A DNA stretch of 41,774 nucleotides from Malacoraja senta (taxonomy: Eukaryota), in the NCBI GenBank assembly GCA_038087875.1, contig JAXLNO010000470.1:124001-165774 (forward strand), written 5' to 3'. The position numbers and the translations under genes were made by a program. A model generated the notes under the pieces. That model was given only the letters and a program-made list of their open reading frames with translations. It searched no databases and had not been told where the DNA came from. Positions 35,333-41,774 of this stretch are shown in pieces; positions within the stretch are counted from its first letter, which is position 1, and each line of letters begins with the position of its first letter.

Positions 35333-35918
35333 ATCTGAGAAGATTACGGAGAGTCGGTTTGTCAAGGAGGACTCTCTCTAACTTCTACAGGTGCACAGTA
35401 GAGAGCATGCTGACCGGTTGCATCGTGGCTTGGTTCGGCAACTTGAGCGCCCTGGAGAGGAAAAGACTACAAAAAGTAGTAAACACTGCCCAGTCCATCA
35501 TCGGCTCTGACCTCCCTTCCATCGAGGGGATCTATCACAGTCGCTGCCTCAAAAAGGCTGGCAGTATCATCAAGGACCCACACCATCCTGGCCACACACT
35601 CATCTCCCTATTATCTTCAGTTGAAGGTACAGGAGCCTGAAGACTGCAACGACCAGGTTCAGGAATAGCTACTTCCCCACAGCCATCAGGCTATTAAACC
35701 TGGCTCGGACAAAACACTGAACTTTATTAGCCAATTAACTGATATTTGCACTTTATCAGTATATTGATTCTTGTGTGTATATATTTATATAATGGTATAT
35801 GGACACACTGATCTGTTTTGTAGTCAATGCCTACTATGTTCTGTCGTGCTGAAGCAAAGCAAGAATTTCATTGTCCTATCAGCGACACATGGCAATAAAC
35901 TCTCTTGTCTATTGTATC
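35333..35918 (+). mobile_element. Rex1/Babar 3' fragment
   Basis: LRRLRR..FYRCTVESMLTGCIVAWFGN..IIKDPHHPGH; AATAAA and a cttgt-type tail. Confidence 0.88.
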
Positions 35919-36057
35919 TTCCTCTCCCGAGGTACTCTTGAACCAACTACGACTATCCACGAGTAGAAAAATGATCACACGATAAAAATTATGTAATGCA
36001 GCTTTTTGTTTCACTATAAAAAGCCTCCTAGGCTTTTTAAAAAATCTTTTGGAAGCA

Positions 36058-36800
36058 TGAGTGCAAGAAGGCAACTGGTGATCACGACGGCATGGAAATT
36101 AGTACTGGTGGTGTATGCAGCAGCCCTTTCGCTTGTGCAAGAAGGCTTGTACAATAAAGGCAGAAGGGAAAGAATGAAGAGGAAGATTAAGAAGAGGTCT
36201 CAGTGGGTGAAGCCCCTCTTTCAAAGGAGCTCTCGGTTTGGACAGTATGACAACCTTATTAATGTGCTGTATGAAGAGGATCTCTCTCCATTTAAACACC
36301 TCACCAGGATACCACCTGAGCTGTTTAATGAGCTGAAGACTAACGTGGGACCACTGCTGATAAAAAGCGACAGGGTTATGAGAAAGGCACTGGAACCAGG
36401 CCCGCGCCTAGCCATCACCCTCCGCTACTTGGAATCAGGGGATTCGTACAAGAGTCTCTCCTACAACTTTCTGGTTGCCCACAACACCTTCAGCAAGATT
36501 GTCCAAAAGACCTGTGAGGCCATTATCAAGGTAAATGCAGATGATGTGATGGACTGCCCCGGTACACCAGATGCATGGAAGGGAGTGGCGCTGGGCTTTG
36601 GCAAAAGATGGAACTTTAAACACACATGTGGGGCAGTGGATGGCAAGCATGTGGCCATCTGTTGTCCACCCAAGGGGTCAAAATTCTTTAATTGCAAGAA
36701 ATTCCATTCGATTGAACTGTTAGCTGTGGTGGATTCCAACCACAACTTCCTGTATGTGGATGTGGGCACACCTGGAAGTGTCGCTGATGGCAGGATCTGG
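36058..36800 (+). pseudogene. Harbinger (HARBI1-like) DDE transposase, C-terminus cut off by L1-2
   Basis: RLAITLRYLESGDSY, CGAVDGKHVAI, LLAVVD, FLYVDVG.PGS..DG.IW. Confidence 0.9.
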
Positions 36801-37001
36801 TGGCGACAGGACTTCCGGTGGCGACATGCTTTGCTAGCAGTCGCAAACTTTTTAGCTCCGCTGAAAAAATCGCGTTTTTTCGCGTTAAAATCGGGTCTGG
36901 AGGTCGGGACCGTTTTTAAAAACTTACCGGAGCTTCATGTCGCGGTGCTGATGACGTCATCAGTAAGCGCCGCGATTTTAACGGAGGGAAAGTCATTTTA
37001 A

Positions 37002-37997
37002 ATGAAAAGTACATCTCCAGGTCAGAGCCCACAGAGGAAAATCTCAAAACATCTGCTGAAGACTCTGGAACAGCAAGAAACTTCAGAACTGACCTCTGGA
37101 GAGGTCTCTGGAATGGCTACTCGATCTGCAAAAGAGAAAGCCGAAATGGAGGACTTAAGAAACTCGGTAAGAGATATCAAAAATGATATGGAAGCTGGGA
37201 ACAGTAAATTGATGGCCGGTAATGATAAAATACTTGAGGGTATTGAGGCTCTCCAAAAAAGAATTGAAGGTGTGGAAAAAGGATTATCGATAAAAATTGA
37301 AAAGGTGGCAGAAGAGACCACAAAGATGTTTGAGGCTGTGCACGAAACTGTGGCTGCAAATGCATCTGCAGTGAATGATTTGGAAGCTGCTGTGGAAGTG
37401 ATGGCTGGAGAGATGCAGACTATGAAGTCAGAAATAGATAGTCTCAAGAACCAAGTCACAAAGGTTTCGAATAAATGTGTTGACCTAGAAGCTCGCTCAA
37501 GACGTCAAAATATAAGAATACGTGGTGTAAAAGAGGGAGCTGAGGGGGACAATGTTTGTGAGTTCGCTGCCAACCTAATTAAACACGTACTGAAGCTACC
37601 AGAAGTACCTGTAATTGAAGTAGCACATCGACTCCCCAGATTTAAATCAAGATCTCAAGGAGAACGTGCCTACCCACGACAGATCATAATTAAACTTCGG
37701 GATATCTCAACAATGGAAGCGCTGATGAAAAAAATCAACCACGGAGAGAAGATGATGTACAGAGGTGATACTATTAAACTCCTACGGGACTACCCTTATG
37801 AGATTGAGCAAAAGAGAAGAAAGTTCTCACAGACCAGAGAAGTTCTTTATGGTGTTAAGGGAGTTTTGTGTGGAGTGTTCTATCCGGCTAGAATGCGTAT
37901 TACCTTTGAGGGAGTGTCAAAAACATTCACTAATTCGGATGAATCTCTCAAATACGCTCAAGAAATCGCGACTAAGGCTGCATCAACTGGAGATTGA
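37002..37997 (+). CDS. L1-2 ORF1p, intact 331 aa
   Basis: Coiled-coil heptads, DLEARSRRQNIRIRGV, AHRL, PRQIIIKL, YPARMRIT. Confidence 0.9.
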   Translation: MKSTSPGQSPQRKISKHLLKTLEQQETSELTSGEVSGMATRSAKEKAEMEDLRNSVRDIKNDMEAGNSKLMAGNDKILEGIEALQKRIEGVEKGLSIKIEKVAEETTKMFEAVHETVAANASAVNDLEAAVEVMAGEMQTMKSEIDSLKNQVTKVSNKCVDLEARSRRQNIRIRGVKEGAEGDNVCEFAANLIKHVLKLPEVPVIEVAHRLPRFKSRSQGERAYPRQIIIKLRDISTMEALMKKINHGEKMMYRGDTIKLLRDYPYEIEQKRRKFSQTREVLYGVKGVLCGVFYPARMRITFEGVSKTFTNSDESLKYAQEIATKAASTGD

Positions 37998-38282
37998 AAA
38001 CCAAGACGACATGAACAAACGAACTTGCTTATTCTCCCAACAAGAGTATCACAAGGAAAGTGAATTAACTGAACACTGATTTTTTATTTTTTATTTGACT
38101 TCAAGCAACAGATTCTTAGTGAGACGTGGCTAGACATTATTATCTTCGCTGGAACATTGTGCTATGTAATTCAAGGACACTACGTGCTCAAACGAGGAAA
38201 ACCTGATAACACGGGACGAACTGCTGGGCTGAGAGTGAAAAACATCACATGGCTTATATTGTTTATAAAAAACTGAAAAAAC

Positions 38283-38820
38283 TGAGAACTAATAATAATT
38301 AATAATTAACAATACTAATATAGAAATAGCAATTGAAATAGATAAAAAATGTGCAGCCTGCTCTGTTTAGCAGATAACAGCAAGTGCTATGCAGCTCGAG
38401 AGTGGAGGGAGGGGGAGACCGGGTACCTGGCATAACTCCAGGAGCCAGACTCCCGTTAACCCTTCCAGCGAACAGCTCATTTTTAACAATATTAAAACCA
38501 ATTTAAAATAGTTAAGAGATAATATACACTCGAGGTTGGTATGAAAAATATATACGGCTTATATAGTTTTACAAAATGCTGAGAATTAATCATAATTAAT
38601 AATTAACAATACTAATATAGAAATAATATTTGAAACTGATAAAACTGTGGTGCCTGCGTCATAACGCAGACAGCAGTTATCACATATGTTCGCAGCTCGT
38701 GGAGAGGAGAGGAGATCAGGCACCTGGCACAATTCCAGGAACCTGACACCGGTTAATCCACTCAGTAAACCGCTCACTTTAACAATACTAAATTCATTTT
38801 AAAATAGTTAAGAGATAAAG
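38283..38820 (+). repeat. Two diverged ~240-bp direct repeats (period ~300 bp) in the L1-2 spacer
   Basis: tgagaa..ataattaataattaacaatactaatatagaaata ... tttaaaatagttaagagataa at ~38283 and ~38580. Confidence 0.85.
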
Positions 38821-39215
38821 AGTGAGTAGGATATGGAATCGAATACATTTGACATATATATAAATTGTAACTGGGTGAAATAGAACTGAATTGGAAACGG
38901 TAATGACCCCATAGATTTTGGGTAATAAATACAGCGGGGCTAACTTTATACCAACTACGCCGGAAGCGTTATGGATGTCGTACCCCACAGACGAGTGGGC
39001 CACTCACTACGGTGTTGAAATTTTAGACACCGTAAATTTATTTGATTTATATATATTTTTTTTAATCACAATATGTCACATCTGTGTGTTTTTTCTTCAA
39101 GGACAATCGCGCAGGAGAACTACCAAGGAAGTCTATAATAGAAATACTCCCAAAATAACCAGAGTCCGGAGGTATGAACGCACCATAATAATTAAGGTCA
39201 TTAAAACTGGTAAAA

Positions 39216-41774
39216 ATGCATGACGACAATCAAAAGAAAATAGGAGGAATCACATTATGTAGTTGGAATATAAGGGGGATTAATGAACCTATTAAAAGGG
39301 GCAAGATACTAGCTCAGTTGAAATCATACAACACGGACATTGCGTTTCTACAGGAAACACATCTTAAACAGCAAGATCAGACAAGACTGAGGGCGAACTG
39401 GATAGGCCAAACATTTCACTCTTCATTTACCTCCAAATCTAGAGGTACTGCAATTATTATTCGTAAAGGAATTCCATTTAAATCAAAGAACACTATTTTA
39501 GATAAGGAAGGGAGATATCTTATAGTAGCAGGGGAGATCAATAATATGCCAATTACGCTGGTAAACATATATGCGCCCAACTTTGATAACCCTCAATTTT
39601 TTAATAAAATTCTGAATATAATTGCAGAATCTAATTATCAAAATGTTATAATCGGAGGAGATTTTAATTGTGTTTTAGATCCTTATTTAGATAAATCGAT
39701 GCAAAAACAAAAAGGTCAGACGAAATCTAAAACCAGTGAACTCTTACACACATATATGGAAAACACAAATATAACAGATGTATGGAGGATTGCAAACCCG
39801 ACGGGAAGGGATTACTCGTTTTATTCAATGGTGCATAAAACATATTCACGGATAGACTATTTTCTTGTGGATACAAAATTAATTCCGCAATCTCTGAATC
39901 CTAAATATCATATTAATGCGATCTCAGATCATTCTCCGTTAACTTTTGTTCTAAAACTAGAAGGAATGTCTATGAATAAACCGTTCTGGAGGTTTAACTC
40001 ACAAATTTTAAAAGACCCTCAAGGGAGTATCTATCTAAAAAAACAGATGGATCTATTTTTTTAGTTAAATGATACACCAGAGATATCCCCCACGTTATTA
40101 TGGGAATCCTTCAAAGCATTTATAAGAGGAGTCATTATTTCATTTCAAGCTTATCAAAATAAAAAGAATAAGAATGAACAAAGACACTTAGAAGATCAAA
40201 TAAAACAGTTAGATATAGATAATGCTAAAGACCCAACTATGGATAAACATAATAAAATACTACTACTGAAATTTCAGTTAAATAAATTACTGTCAGAGAA
40301 AGTTATAACATTATTTCAAATCACAAAACAAGAACACTTCGAATTCGGGGACAAACCCCACAAACTTCTAGCACGACAACTTAAAAAACGGGAAAAAGAG
40401 AATGCAATATTAAAGATTAAATCAGATAGAGGGGAAGTATTAACACTACCCAAGGATATTAATAAAAGATTTGCTCAATTTTACCAGAATCTATACACAT
40501 CTAAAACGTCAATAGACAATAATAAAATCTCAGAATTTTAGATAATTGTAATCTACCACAATTAGAACGCAGGGAACAAGAGGAACTGGGAGCACAAATT
40601 ACTTCTAAGGAGATAGAAGACACAATTAAAACACTAAAAAATGGAAAAACACCAGGACCAGACGGATTCACTAATGAATTTTATAAATCTTTTTATGATA
40701 TAGTTACTCCACGATTACAAAAAATGTATACATATGCTTATAAAGAGCAAAACCTACCTGAAACACTAGCGGAATCAACGATCATATTAATACTTTAAAA
40801 AGATAAAAATATAGAAGAACCAGGATCATATAGAGCTATTGCTTTGTTAAATACGGATCAGAAAATAATAGCAAAAACATTAGCCAATAGATTAAGCAAG
40901 TATGTTAGTAGACTAATACATGAGGATCAAACAGGATTTATACCTAAGAGACACTCATTTAATAATTTGAGACGTTTGCTTAACATAATGCATTCACATA
41001 AATCTTATGACCAAGAGTTAGCTATCATCTCACTGGACGCAGAAAAAGCGTTTGATCAAGTAGAATGGGACTATATGATCAAAGTATTGCAAAAATTCCA
41101 ATTGGGAGAAAACTTTATTGCATGGATAAAACTACTATATAACAAACCTACGGCTAGAATACTAACTAATAATATATTATCTTCAAAATTCGAATTATCT
41201 AGGGGCAACAGACAAGGATGTTCACTATCACCGCTGTTATTTGCTTTGGTAATTGAACCCCTTGCTGAAAAAATAAGAACACACTCGAATATTCACGGTT
41301 ATAACACAAAATATTCAATCAACAAAACTATCCCTATATGCTGATGATGTACTACTGTACATCACAAACCACAAATTAGTATACCAAATATATTAAACTT
41401 AAATTGAGGACTTTGGATCCTTTTCAGGATATAGAATAAATTGGAACAAAAGTGAAATTATGTCGATTAAACCAAAAGACTCAACACATCTCAGGAAATT
41501 CCCTTTTAAAATAGCTATGGAAAAATTCAAATATCTAGGAATTGAGATTACTAGAAATTACCATGATATGTTTAAAGCTAATTATAATCCCTTACTTAAG
41601 AAATTAAATAATTTGATTAAATTTTGGAAAACACTTCCGATGTCCTTAATAGGTAGGATAAATGCTATAAAAATGATTTTCTTACCACAAATCCTTTACC
41701 TATTTCAATCAATACCTATATATCTCCCAAAAAAGTTTTTCAAAAACTGGACTCAGAACATTACAAATTTTATA
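39216..41774 (+). pseudogene. L1-2 ORF2 (endonuclease and RT), several stops and frameshifts
   Basis: [55 protein letters not shown] (~41334), FKYLGI. Confidence 0.92.

Larger units (their letters stand above)
26502..36800 (+). mobile_element. PIF/Harbinger DNA transposon, 5' part (26502-26641 and ~35921-36800), split by Rex1 and DIRS-B and cut by L1-2
   Basis: TAA followed by an AGCCCCTGTCCCAC terminus; ctacga subterminal motifs on both sides of the insertions; transposase ORF. Linking the two pieces is inference. Confidence 0.7.
36809..41774 (+). mobile_element. L1-clade LINE L1-2, 5'-complete, runs off the window
   Basis: GGACTTCCGGTGGCG start, ORF1, 1.2-kb spacer, ORF2. Confidence 0.93.

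Noticed and set aside
36006..37001. 331-aa ORF as an intact or domesticated HARBI1 gene abutting L1 ORF1
   Set aside because: Transposase homology ends at DGRIW (36800); the remainder is read-through into the L1 5' UTR and the C-terminal part of the DDE domain is missing.

Overview
Eukaryotic DNA, not prokaryotic. It is vertebrate, and the repeat families suggest a cartilaginous fish such as a skate or ray (inference). The window is almost entirely transposable elements, nested 3-4 deep, and I found no host gene. Contents: two L1-clade LINEs plus L1 tails; five CR1-clade copies (one near-intact, full length); about eight Rex1/Babar pieces; two full-length DIRS1-type tyrosine-recombinase retrotransposons (gag, RT-RNaseH-methyltransferase, YR, ITRs, internal complementary region); a solo LTR with a perfect 5-bp TSD that itself hosts an L1 tail and a DIRS; a Harbinger DNA transposon; a Hero-type RLE fragment; a tRNA-derived CORE-like SINE; and a Penelope 3' end with a hammerhead-like motif. 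The main observation is polarity: about 26 of 27 independently inserted, orientable elements from 8 unrelated groups lie on the + strand, as expected of a uni-strand piRNA cluster or transposon trap transcribed from the - strand. Other notable points: a perfect 149-bp direct duplication flanking one DIRS, a conserved putative gag-skipping intron in the DIRS elements, CR1 insertions that deleted host sequence, and conserved islands in unusually long L1 inter-ORF spacers.
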